A stretch of DNA of 64,000 nucleotides from Dimorphilus gyrociliatus (GCA_904063045.1 CAJFCJ010000008.1:620001-684000); one strand, 5' to 3'. Shown: positions 43,925 through 55,724, numbered from the stretch's first letter. Made by a program: numbers and translations. The notes: generated by a model from the letters alone, not told the origin.

Positions 43925-44075
43925 TTAAAAGCTATCGGGTTGCTGTTCTTCTTCTTCCTTACCCTATATTTTTGGTTCCTTTATTTTTATTATCCTGCCA
44001 AACCACAATAGTCTTTTTTTAATCTAATACCAAGAATATCGATGCTTAATAAAGTATCTTTTATATTCTTTTCAT
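43925..44075 (-). mobile_element. Possible highly degraded RTE-type LINE 3' fragment
   Basis: The minus strand reads IKKRLLWFGRIIKIKEPKI then a stop and a GAA-repeat tract, reminiscent of the RTE ORF2 C-terminal RRLxWxGHxxR motif. Short and interrupted. Confidence 0.25.
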
Positions 44076-44214
44076 TTGAATATAGGCCTACATCGTGTTC
44101 TAATAGGAATGTACAATTCAATATAATACTATTATTTTGGATGACTTAGTTTTGAAAATTATTAAATCTATCATATAATTTCAACTTAGATCTTTGAATA
44201 TCGTGTACCTGTTA

Positions 44215-44286
44215 GCCGTGATCGTATAGTGGTTAGTACTTCTCGTTGTGGCCGAGACAACCCAGGTTCGAATCCTGGTCACGGCA
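44215..44286 (+). tRNA. trnH-GTG: tRNA-His (GTG)
   Basis: GCCGTGATCGTATAGTGGTTAGTACTTCTCGTTGTGGCCGAGACAACCCAGGTTCGAATCCTGGTCACGGCA forms a cloverleaf with A and B boxes and a GTG anticodon; an oligo-T terminator follows about 26 nt downstream. Confidence 0.97.
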
Positions 44287-44466
44287 GTTCTCTGTACGGC
44301 GATCGGTACAAATTTTTTTTTCTTTTTTTTTATTATTGATTCGTTATTTTTTTTCACAGAGATGCCGCTCTTCATAATCCTGAATACCTTTGTTTAACTT
44401 CGATATAAATGATTGTATTTTTTAAGTAAACAACATTACTATTTACAATAATTAACATAAAAACAA

Positions 44467-47068
44467 TCAATCATCCTTTTCCTCGTGATTTAACTTAGCT
44501 TTCTTAGGCTGAGATACTTCTTCCTCCTCCTCCTCTCCCTCTTCTGAAGATTCCTCTTCTTCTTCGCTATCACTATCTTCAGCTGCGGCTGCTTTCCATT
44601 TCTTAGCCATTTCCAATAGTTTCAAATTAGGTGCAGCTTTCTCATCATCAGGGAAAATATAATCGTAAAATTCCTCCCAGCCACCTTCGCTCTACGATGG
44701 TTTCATTATGATGTTTAGTAATGAAAATTAAAAAAATAATAATTGCATTTACCCCATCTTCAGCCAGGATCTTCCTTCTTTTCTTAACTTTATTAGGAAA
44801 TTTCTTTTCGATACTTGCTCTACTTTCATCATCACCGTATTCAGCCTAATATAGAAGAAGCATTAGAGTTGTTCTAATGGGTAAATGAACTGAAAATGAC
44901 TGTTAAGTATACCTCGTACTCTTTCCATGCTTCTAATAATAAAAGGCGTTCCTCTTTATTTTCAACGTCCTTCAGTGTGTCGTAAGCTCTTTCATAAACT
45001 TTTCTTGCCATTTCAATTGCATTTTTTGCACCCGTTGAGACTTCAAAAGCCGCATAACTTATCCAGACTTTAACGTGCGACGTTCTTTCTAACAATCTAA
45101 GATATAATCCTCTCGTTCGTTCATGTTCACCATTTTCAATTTCAAAATCGATAAATGATTTCCACAAAACCTAATAAATTATATCAAAATCAATTAACTA
45201 TTATTAAAAATAAATTAATACAAATAGATACAAACTTCAGGCATATCCAAACGGGACTGACCAATAGCAAGTTCAAAAATTGCTCTTGCTCTTTCTGAAT
45301 CTCCTAATATATTTTCAAGTTCTGCGTATCTGAAAGAGATTGTTTCATATAAGAAATAAATTATTATAACTTCTTCTAACCTCATCCACGTTGTACAATT
45401 TTCAGGATTGAACATTAGCCATTTTTCATATAGAATTCTACATCTGTCAAATTCTCTCAATTGTAGTTCTAATTCAATATAGCCCCTAAACAATTTGTCT
45501 TTTGAACATTTCCCCAAAGCTGTTCCTAAAATTTTTCGACACCTAGCTACATCCTTTTGCCTCAATTCAAATTGAGCAAACATTAACCATATTTTTGCAA
45601 AAGTAAAATATTTATGTGGTAATAGTTCAATACAAGCCGAATATACAGCCCTTGCCCTTTCTGAATCTTGTGCTTGTAATTCTTCAAAAACAGCGTAATT
45701 TATCCAAAGATATATATAACGTCGCCAGTGTCGTTTTTCTTTTGTTGGTGGAATGTTAGATATTGCTCTTTCATAAATTTCTCTAATCGTTTCCAAATCA
45801 CCTTCTGATTCCATTAAACGAATATAGTCAAACCAATTATCGCAATTAAGTGGGTTATCTTGAACAGCTTGTTCATACTGAAATTTTCGTTTGCTAACAA
45901 CTACGTCTTCAATTCCTGCCCTTTCTCCATGGCGTTTTTCGTAGATAGAGTAAGCTTTAAATATTTCCTCTCTCCTATCTTTCGGCAAAATGTCCAAGGC
46001 ATATTTATAAATAACCTTAGCTCTATCATGCTCTCTTTGATTTTCTTCAAACCTCGCGAATGATAAAAGTAACCTTTCATTAACATTATCTTCTCCAAAA
46101 AATTCAATCGCCCTTTCATATATTTTTCGAGCACTAGAAATGTAATTATGCTTCTCTTCAAATCTAGCATATTTAATCCAATTTTTTATTTCAGGATATA
46201 TAAGGACATATCTTTCATAAATCATTCTCGCACGCTCCAACTCTTTATAACGCAGTTCAAAGTTAATATATGAATGCCATGCCTGTGGCTCTGGTTCCCA
46301 TTCCATCCAACGTTCAAATACTTGACGAGCACCGGCAGGATTCCCAAGAAGTTCCTCCATATAGGTATATTTATACCAAAATTGATTTGCTCTTGGTAAG
46401 ATAGTGATTGCTCTATCCCATATATTTCTTGCATGGTTTATTTGCCGATTTCTACAGTAAAATACAATAAAAAAATGTTTAAAGGAATATTTGTCTTTCA
46501 TACTTCATTTCCATTTCGGCATAGTGAAGCCAAAGCGATATGTTCCTGTGATCAACATCCAGTGCTCTTTCGAAAACTGACCTAGCCCTAAATAAATAAA
46601 AATATGGAGTAAATACTTTGAAAGTATACTTTAATAGAACTGAACCTCTGTATTTCACTCTGACTGTCTTCCCATTTCGCATATTTAATCCAGTTTATCA
46701 TTACAGAACGATTTTTTCTAATATTATCTTCAAATTCCTTTCTTTTTTTAAGTCTATATGCTTCTAACTCTTCGGGATCCGATATTTTTTGGGCAGGAGG
46801 CTTAACGAATATGAATGTTAAAACATTATAACAAGTAGTACTAATATACTTACAGGAGGAACCAACTCTAATTCTCTTTCTTTGGCTTCTCTTAGAAGTT
46901 GCTCGGCTGTTATTTGAACAGTTGCAGGCATCTTGTTCTTTACCTAGGAGAACAGCACATAATTGCTTAAACATCCTTATTATCGTTCTCTTATACAACA
47001 TTTATTAGATAAAAACGTACTTTTGCTCCTTTCGGAAGCTTCTTTTTCACACCGCCCTCCTCAGCCAT
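44467..47068 (-). CDS. CRNKL1: Crooked neck-like splicing factor (HAT repeats)
   Basis: [16 protein letters not shown]|[26 protein letters not shown]; HAT repeats [23 protein letters not shown]; C-terminal [25 protein letters not shown]. Confidence 0.97.
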
Positions 47069-48194
47069 GGTTAATATATCAATTAAAATCCGGATCTAGG
47101 ATAATTCTCAATGAGAGCTTGTCTAAAAAGCGGATAATAGCGTTGATCAATCGTAGTTTGTAATTCGTGAGCCTTGGGTCGGCTACCGGTTGTATCTTCC
47201 GGTATGGTTTCTATTCCACCTTCAGATCGAGTTCCCGCCATATTTGCTATATGTTATTTTATACCTTTCGTCCTAATTACAATAGAAAATAGTATGCAAG
47301 TCTTACTTTTGCAGGATGTTTTGATAAGAATTGAAAACATGTTTATCTTAACTTCCAATCAATTTGAATAAAATTAATATATTTTATTTTCCCAATACTA
47401 AAATTATAAGATAATTTCATGAATAATACTTATTAACAGTATGAGATGCCTAAGCATAATCAGTAAGTGTAAAAATTTCTTATTGTATTTCAAAGTTCTA
47501 TTAAAATGGACGATTCAATATATATTCAGTAATCTTAAATATTTTTAAAGAAATTTATGATGAAATTGACAGCTTTTTTAAAAATACTCCAAATGAACGT
47601 AATAAATATTACGGTAACCTAAAGTTTATATAGATTACGAAAATCTATTACAGCTTGTAATGACTTCTCAAACAGCGATAAATGATTGATTTGTATTTTA
47701 GAAAACAAAAGTCAAAGAATCAGTAAATACTAGCTCGGATGATAAGCTGTCACTTTATTCTCCTTCGAGTGACATTTACAAACTATTCATTGCTGTTTAG
47801 CAATTCTACCCACGTGCTCCATTAACTCTATGGCTAATGCTATTCCTGTTTTACGATATGAGACACATATATAATTGAGAGTCGCGAATAATTTTATAAG
47901 TAAGTTTTTTTAAACTAAGTGCTGGTGTCAAATTTGGCCTATTATATATGCTAAAACTTTGCTTTTATTTAATTTTAAAATTAGGGTTAGAAAATTATCG
48001 GTTATATGTTTAAAAGAAATCAATTATTATGTTATTGTGTTACTTTGGGAACAATCTCCATCTTACAAGTGGACATATATATTTTTTACTCCTAAACAAT
48101 TATCAATTTGATCGATAAGAATCTAGGACTCTGTGCATTACGATTTCAATTTCAAATTTAGAATTGATCTAAACAACGAGGAAAAACATTGTTT

Positions 48195-48204
48195 GCGCAT
48201 GCGC
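48195..48204. promoter_or_regulatory. NRF1-type palindrome GCGCATGCGC upstream of RBM4
   Basis: Exact consensus, followed by a donor-like AAG|GTAAAA at about 48210. Confidence 0.55.
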
Positions 48205-48668
48205 TGAAGGTAAAACATTCTCGGCGTCTGTTTCTCGATTTCCGAATCGAAAGCACATCAACTTCGATAAAATGAAACGATGAATTTAATAGCTTGTCCA
48301 TTAGAGAGAAAATTCAAGAAAAATATTTTAGGTTTAGTCTATAGGCGAAGTTTAAATTTTTTAAATCAATTTTATTTAGAATAAATTGCAGGATTTTTTG
48401 AAAACTAAGTCAACTATTTACAATATTATGTATTAATATTTATGTAAGATCTATCGGATAGCAATATCCCCAATTATGTTTGTTATTTGACCTATAAATT
48501 GTTGTTTTGTTTAAAGAAAATCGGTGGTTTGAATTCAAAATCGATTTGCGCCAAACATTCGATTTTACCGATGTCGATCAGAGGGCTTTAAATTTAATCG
48601 TCTGCGGAAATATATCGTGATTTGGTATCCCATTGTCCAAGAATTGTTAACTATAGAAAAAGAATTTG

Positions 48669-50696
48669 ATGAGTGGAAAGTGAGTTATGATAAAGTGTAA
48701 AAAATACTTTATGTTTCATACATTTACATGATTTATTCGTTTTTAAATTTTAATGTAAGGTGACATTTTCGAAACGTAGTCGGCGAACCACTATTGTCCG
48801 CCATCTTGTTTATAAATAGTTCTGTAAAGAAATTTTCTAATCTATTGGATAGTATAGTCAATGACTTCTTTTCCAGAACAGCAAAGTTGTTTGTTGGCAA
48901 TCTGCCACATGATGCAAAATCAACTGAACTTCGAGAAAAGTTTTCTAAGTTTGGTGAAGTTGTTGAGTGCGACATAGTTAAGGAGTTCGCTTTTATTCAC
49001 TATAAGACAGACGAAGAAGCACAGGCAGCAGTTAAAGGCCTTCACCAAACTGAATACAATGGAAAATTAATACGAGTGGAGAAATCAACAAGCAGAGTAA
49101 GACAAAAACCAGGAATGGGAGGTGAATCCCAATGTTTTCGATGCGGTAAAGACGGTCATTGGTCAAAGGACTGTCCAAGTAGGACACTAGCTGAGAGGAA
49201 GAGAGCTGCTGATAATCGTGGCGGTCGGGGAGACAGTAGAAGTAGTTATGAAAGAGGAAGAGATAGTTATAGAGGAAATGGAGGAAATGCCGAACATAAT
49301 AGAGGACCACCGAGACAGTATGATCTATATGAAAATTATTTGCCTCCAAAAGGCAGCGACGGAAGGTTTCATTTTTCCTATTTTTTAAAATAAAAAATGT
49401 ATTGCTTTTTTTTTTCTATAACCAGCGATATTTTTTTTTACAAATAGATACATTAATAGCGGGTATGCAGGAAGTTATGGGGGTGAACGATATCATCCGT
49501 ATGGACCTCGGGGCCCTTTTGGTCAGCAAATGCCACCCGGAGCTAGTTATGGTTACAATAATATGGGAACCTCTCCCGCTAATCCAACACCATTAATGGG
49601 AAGTAATCCTAATATGGGCTATAATATGATGGGTAATATGGGTCAAATGAATCCTGGTAATATAAGCAGCATGAGTAATAATATGCAACAAATGGGAAGC
49701 AATTTAAACAATGGTAGCACGTATATTGGGCCTGTATCATCAACATCAAACTTACAAAGCAGTAATTATTATTCGGGCAATAATCCTATGAGTTACGACA
49801 TGTCAAACAAACTAGCGTTAGGTCAGGGAAACGCTAATTTGGGTAATCTTAGTTCTTTGACAAGTAAACTAGATGCTCAAGGGGCATCAGCCCTTAATGA
49901 ATTAGCGGGCTCTTTGGCATCTCTGACTGGGAATGCTAATGCGGCAGCAAACTCTATGGGAGGTGGAGGAGGAGGTGGAGGTGGTGGAGGACAGTCAACT
50001 TTCTCCAGTCAGCCATACGACTACTTCAGCAAGTAAGTTATCATGTAGACGGTTAGATATCTTTAGCCCTGTTTTATAAACTTCGAATACCCCAATCACA
50101 AGACTTTTGGCTAATGCAAGAATGAATTAGAACCAAAAGGTGTGAACAAGAGCGACAATCAAAATATCGTTTCGTAAAAAATTGCTTTTCTTCAGTGTAA
50201 TACTAATTTTGAACATTTGTTCAAATATCGACCTTCACCGTGACTAACTGCGACAAAATCACCGTTAAAGAGCTTAATTTATTATAACACTTGCGAACCT
50301 ATGTACATATTGCTAAGTTGAAGTTAAAGGCTTAAATATTCTGAGCTACTGTATCCCTGATTTTCCCTGCATATCATTCGCTTGTTAATGTCTCTGGGTT
50401 TCTGGTAGCCTGATTTTACTTTCCGTTCAAGTAAAGTTAGGCTAAATGGGCTCTTAAGTTTATCGAAAGTGTGTAATTTTTGATATTAAGAGATATTACT
50501 ATACACTAAATGCTTAATATTTATAATGATTGGGGTAATCAGTTATTGAAATTGGGCCTTCTTTTACTAGTGTATTGTTAAGTTAAAAACTTCGTAAAAA
50601 TTTTTGAGCAGCTCAAATTTTAAGAATTCATACTTATTTTTAATTTACAGCCTCACTAGAAATCCGGGCCCCGGAACTGGGCCAAACGCAAAATAA
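48669..50696 (+). CDS. RBM4: Lark/RBM4-like RNA-binding protein: one RRM, CCHC knuckle, G/N/M-rich tail
   Basis: Exon 1 ATG AGT GGA AA|gtgagt spliced to A ACA GCA gives MSGKTAKLFVGNLP; VVECDIVKEFAFIH; STSRVRQKPGMG..CFRCGKDGHWSKDCP. Terminal exon 50651-50696 (NLTRNPGPGTGPNAK-TAA) is in frame. Confidence 0.88.
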
Positions 50697-51008
50697 ACTA
50701 AGACTAATCGGCGGTTGCGGACATTTGACGGTGTGACACAAATCCGGCGTCGCTGCGTTACTTTTCGCGTACGCTTTGCCCTTCGGTTCGAACTGTAAAG
50801 TATCGGTATCTTTTTTATCAAAGTTGTATTGTTGTATATTATTAAATCGCATCGCATCGTTTAGATCTTATAATATGATTATTTTTTTTTTCGTTGAAAT
50901 AAAGCGTAAATATATTTAAAAACGGTTAGAACTTTAATTTAAAGTTGTTCGGCGGGAGACGGAGATACATGTGTTTTCTATTCGTTGCGCAATCCGGACT
51001 GGAAATGG

Positions 51009-51733
51009 ATGTTTGAAGAACTATCGCGTGATACAACGGTAATCAAACCTCCCAGTCTATTCGCTATATCTTAACAAAATTTCCTTAATTATAGCATTAA
51101 CGTTGAATAAAATTTGTATCTTGTTTATATCATGGCTAATTGCATTTTTTTCAAAAATTTCTACTGAAACTAGAAATTCTTGACATCGTCATCATTTTTA
51201 ATTTAAGCTGGAGAAGGTATTAAGTCGAAATGCAATCTTTTGTTTCTTTAAATACAATATGATTTCTGTGCATTCGCTGAGCTAAAAATTCGAATGTTCT
51301 TCCATTATAGTAGATCTGTAATTTGTGTTGTAAAATAAGGGAAATTTATAGCATAGTTGCCTCTTCGAAATTGCTTATGACCTGAATTGCGGTGGTTTTT
51401 ATTTGACTATAACGCGTTTGTGAGCTTAAAAGCTTCATATGACACTTTACGAATAGACTGGGATGAACCTCTATTTATTGATGTGAGTCGTGCACATTTT
51501 GTTTTGACGCTATACCATTAGGTAAACTAATTTTATTTTTTTAGTTGAATATATTTCGAGAAATTATTATATCAGAAACCGCTAAAGCAGTCAATATTTG
51601 TGCGTCAAATGGTGCAAAAGAAATTGTTATTTCCCCCCCACTGATCTTCTTTCTACCTTATTGATTTCTTTATTATTAACAGGGCATAAAAGATTTGGAA
51701 CAAAGATTAATTAAGGCTACTGCAGATATATAA
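51009..51733 (+). CDS. Putative 78-aa six-exon microprotein, possible histone fold (CENP-S/TAF9-like)
   Basis: Exons 51009-51038, 51208-51216, 51352-51391, 51457-51482, 51545-51625 and 51683-51733 are all flanked by GT/AG and stay in frame: MFEELSRDTTLEKHSCLFEIAYDLNCDWDEPLFIDLNIFREIIISETAKAVNICASNGAKEIGIKDLEQRLIKATADI. Hand-built model; the fold call is by eye. Confidence 0.45.
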
Positions 51734-52229
51734 GCCACCCCGCATAGGTATCAAATTTTGAAACCTAATGAAACGACTTAACTACATTACCTTTCAAAAA
51801 ACTAATCTTTTCTCATGACAGATTGGAGTCACCAAGTAGATAAAATGTTACTCTGCTTTAGAGCCAAAATTTGAGAGAGCTTTGGGGATGGTTATCAATC
51901 ATCACACGCTCAGAAATGGAAGTGATGAAAAGCCAGAATTTTAAGACATGAGAAGATGAAGAGAACTATAATTAGCTCTTATTATGACTTTAATTTTAAA
52001 AGATCAATAAATTTTTAAAATCGTTATAAAAGTACAAAGTTTAAATATACTCATACTATTAAAGGAATCTTTTGTGCTCTCTATTGATTGAAAGTTGAAA
52101 GTCTTAAGAAAGTACTTAGCCATTTTAAACTTCTAATTTTGCTCTAGATTGAAACTTCACGAACATTGAATAAAGTGCCTGTTGTAAGTATAGCCAAGAA
52201 ACTTTACAAGAGTTAATAGAATAACCAGA

Positions 52230-52649
52230 CGCTAGATGGCGCCATATGAACTGTTTAATTTCGAAATGAATAGTCCTTTGTAGAAGGTTTCATAGTGTCG
52301 CCATGATTTCGAGTGAGTTATTATTTTCGTTAATCGTTTATTCACAAGTTTTTGAGTATTTTCAAAAGAAGTATAAGTTACAAGTTTAATGTAATGAACA
52401 TTTATGAGTTTCATTGCCTTACTGTGCATTTTAAAATATGTAGATAGCGAAGAAATGGAAACAAATGATTCTAAATTTAAACCAAATATTATGTGTCAAA
52501 TGGACGTTTGCGACAACCTAAAACAACCAGAAAATCAACACATAAAAGAATTAGGATTACGATTTTTTACTTTTCCATGGAAAAATCCAGATATGTAAGT
52601 TTGAAAATATTTATTTGTGACTTATTGGTGTCGAAAAGCGCCATCTAAC
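52230..52649. promoter_or_regulatory. Pair of convergent CTCF-like motifs (52230-52242 plus; 52638-52649 minus) flanking THAP exon 1
   Basis: CGCTAGATGGCGC and its reverse-strand counterpart GCGCCATCTAAC. Confidence 0.5.
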
Positions 52650-54546
52650 TTTCGCTAAAGCTCAACAGAAACTGAATTGTAATAAAAGCTACTAAATTTT
52701 ACTGTACCGTTTTTTTGTGTACAGTGACTTTTTTCATTCATCTAAATATAGTTATTTTCCAAAAAATTTTATTGTAGTGTTGATAGTTGGATTAAAGCCT
52801 GCCAGAGAACTGAATTAGAAAATGTTACGCATTATCATCTCAGAAACAAGTCTATTTGTAGTGATCATTTCAATGTATCAGATTTAGAGGATGAGAAAGA
52901 ACTCATATCTTCTGATCTTAAATTATCAGCTATTCCTCGAAAATACATAGAAAACAGTCTTTCCGAAGCCTTAAGAAGTTCAAAAAGTAAGTATTGAATT
53001 TACCTATTTCTGCCAATTTATAAATTAGGTTTTATTCTACGTGTATTCGCAAATGTCAACAAAACTGTTGTTTATTTTGAATACGAATACTTTAATGATA
53101 ATCACACGAAAGGTTAATTTAGAAAATTTGCAAGGGTAATAGTGTATCTAATGTTACAACTGGTTAGGGTAGAATATAACCTTTCATCGTTCAGCCTTTT
53201 ACTTTTACAACTAATTTGAGAAGCTCAATTTACGACAAATTTGAAAAAGCAAAAATTCTTAAATATGTACATTTTCATATAATAATTTCTATTATATATA
53301 TATATATTAGTATATATATAAATTGTAAAGCCTAATCCTGACTGATAATGACTGTTTAGATAAAAAAGATGATGCAGTCGTCGGAGGTATAGCCCCAGCT
53401 GGAAATCATAATACTTTAGTAGTGACTGGAGATGATAATCTACAAAAGTTTCTACAATCAGCTAATTCGAGTAGTAAAGTGGTATTTGTTAGGGCACCGG
53501 GTGCCCAAACAAGCTCAAATTTGAAGTTTGAAACAGCTATTTTAAATACTCGACCGATTGCGCCTGCTCGAACAATTCCACCACCAACTATTCGCATATC
53601 AAATCCCAGACCTAATTTTGCACCCGTCCTCAATATGGTTAACATTGGAGGAACGGATATACCAATTGTTAAAAAATCAGTTGCTACTCCTAAACCGAAA
53701 AATACAGTTGTTTTTACACCTTCAACGCCATACTCTGGAAGTAATTCTAATATTTCATCTATAAGGGAGTCGAAAATGCTCAAAGCTGGTCAAGGAGCAA
53801 ACCCCGATCAGGTTAAAATGCTAATGGAGAAACTTATAAAAGTCGATAAGACTGTTTCAGAACACGTAAAAGAAAATCAGAAGCTTAAAAAACAATTGAA
53901 TACTTCAAAGAAAAAAGTTACGAAACTAACGAGACAGCTAGGTAATTGTCTTTTATTAGCTGATTTGTTATAATTATGACTAAACTTTATTATTTTACGC
54001 AGCTGTTTGCGAAAAAGCTCTAAGGCAAGAGCGTGCTAAGGGATTTGATATCAGTCAATTTACTCCAATGCAATTATGCTTCTTCCAAGATCAGGTTAGA
54101 TCTGCAAGTTCAAGTCATCATGGCATGAGGTGGAGTGCTGATACTATTCAGTTTGCCATGGATATATATTCTCAAAGTAGGGATGTCTACAAAATGATGT
54201 GTGCTGAATTTCGATTACCCAGTGAAAGTACCGTTAAAAGACTATCTGAACAGTCAAAAGTAAACTTTCAAAGAAATGGAATTTTTCAATTATGTACTAA
54301 TTTAAATATTTTTAGGTTTCCAATATTAGCGACAAAGAAAAGAGTGAAATGGAAGTTGAAGCCACCGTCGCTGAAGAATCTATTGAAGACGATGTTGTTC
54401 AAACAGTGACAGTTGTAACAGATAATGATATGGTAATGAGTCAGGAAGACGTACGTGCTTTGATTGCAAGCGGTGAGATTCAAGTTGGACTGTCGGAAGA
54501 AGTTACCGTAGAAGTAATTGAAACATCACCAACAGGCATTAGTTAA
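52455..54546 (+). CDS. THAP-domain protein with coiled coil and a P-element transposase/THAP9-like HTH remnant; no catalytic domain
   Basis: C2CH THAP across exons 1-2 (CQMDVC..FFTFP..SWIKAC..SICSDHF..SAIP); later WSADTIQFAMDIYSQSRDVYKMMCAEFRLPSESTVKRL; ends in an acidic tail with stop at 54546. Confidence 0.8.
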
Positions 54547-54615
54547 GCTTCTTTTAGTAACAGTTAAAATTTTAATAGGGAATGTCCTTATTTGAAAAAA
54601 AAACTTTGCTGTTTA

Positions 54616-55674
54616 TCACTTTTGCATCAGCGTTCGAACGACAGCTGAAAGAATAATAAAATTTGTTACTTTTGTTTTGAAAGTTTCTATGTTGCGTAAT
54701 TTACCTTTATATTCAATTTGTCCGTCGCTGTCGATGTTCACTTCAGAAAGAAGCTCCTCAATTTCATCATGACCTAACTTTTCGCCCAGAGAGGTCATAA
54801 CGTGACGAATTTCTGCAGCAGAAACATATCCATTTCCATCCCGATCAAATACACTAAACGCTTCACGAACTTCGTCTTCCGTATCGCGTTTTCTTTGCGA
54901 TAACTTTGTCACGATCGACGTAAAAGTTGACAAGGAAAATTCTCCTTTATTGCCACAAAATTCTCTTATCAGCTCTCCTACCTGAAAATAAAATAAAACG
55001 TGTAAAAGCATAAAAAGAAAAGAACTTTAAAAATAAAACTAGTTATTTATTATAAGCTGTTATTTGATTAAATCTTAACGACTTCCTTGAATGTGTCTCT
55101 TTATATAAACTGCATAACTTCATTTATAAATTCAATATATTTGAGGTGTTTATCCTTGTTGTTACCTATTTATTAAGCCGCGTTTATTTGGTTGAAAAAT
55201 TGTTAATAACTTCTACGCTAAAAATAAATCAATTGAAAATATCTCTTAAATACGTCACTACAAGTTTTTATTTATTTACTGTTATTCATAGATAGAAAAT
55301 ATTTTTTACCTCCTTTTGGGTTGGGCATTGACGTAAAGCTCTGACCATTTCTCCTAATTGATCTATTGGAATTGAACCTCTTCCTTCTCTGTCGAATAAC
55401 TGGAAACATTCTTTAATTTCTTGTTGCGTATCTTCGCTCAAGGCCTGTAAGTTCGGTATTAAAAAGCTTATATTTTCACTACATCAAGTGTTCAATAAAA
55501 ATTCTTTCGAAATCTGAACGACGAATAAGTATTTTCTTTTGTCAAAATAGGCATCAGGTTAAAAAGTGAATTATTTATTTTATTAAGTAACAAAACTAAG
55601 AAATGAGAGATAAATCTTAATCGTTACAAAACAAAAATGATTATTATGTTAACATAGGTGACAAATCATACCAT
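54616..55674 (-). CDS. Calmodulin/myosin essential light chain-like EF-hand protein
   Basis: ATG|gtatga first exon, then [23 protein letters not shown]...[13 protein letters not shown]|VGEL...[32 protein letters not shown]...YK|AVVRTLMQK. Confidence 0.88.
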
Positions 55675-55724
55675 TATTTCGTTTTAGAAGATTATTCGAC
55701 TTTACGAGCTGCTTGAACGAGAAG

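Noticed and set aside
47991-48000. TTAGGGTTAG (CTAACCCTAA on the minus strand), matching a telomerase RNA template
   Set aside because: I could not find a pseudoknot, P6.1 hairpin or H/ACA domain downstream. The 10-mer also reads as a plus-strand polypyrimidine/AG acceptor junction in AT-rich DNA. An Infernal or synteny search would be needed to revive it.
48733-48808. AAGATGGCGG start-like context on the minus strand (MADNSGSPT...)
   Set aside because: No frame-consistent downstream exons; better explained as a YY1-type motif in RBM4 intron 1.
50645-50810. GC-rich island with a GTTCGAAC B-box-like motif and T-run, first suspected to be a Pol III ncRNA
   Set aside because: It begins at a perfect acceptor and continues the RBM4 frame to a stop, so it is best explained as the terminal exon and 3' UTR. 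It did not resemble any snRNA, SRP, RNase P or MRP motif I know.
51219-51544. Possible intronic C/D snoRNAs in the 51-kb transcript
   Set aside because: C and D boxes are imperfect, no rRNA guide was recognisable, and the interval is better explained by two small in-frame exons.
53406-53783. 125-aa minus-strand ORF
   Set aside because: Antisense shadow of the THAP gene exon.
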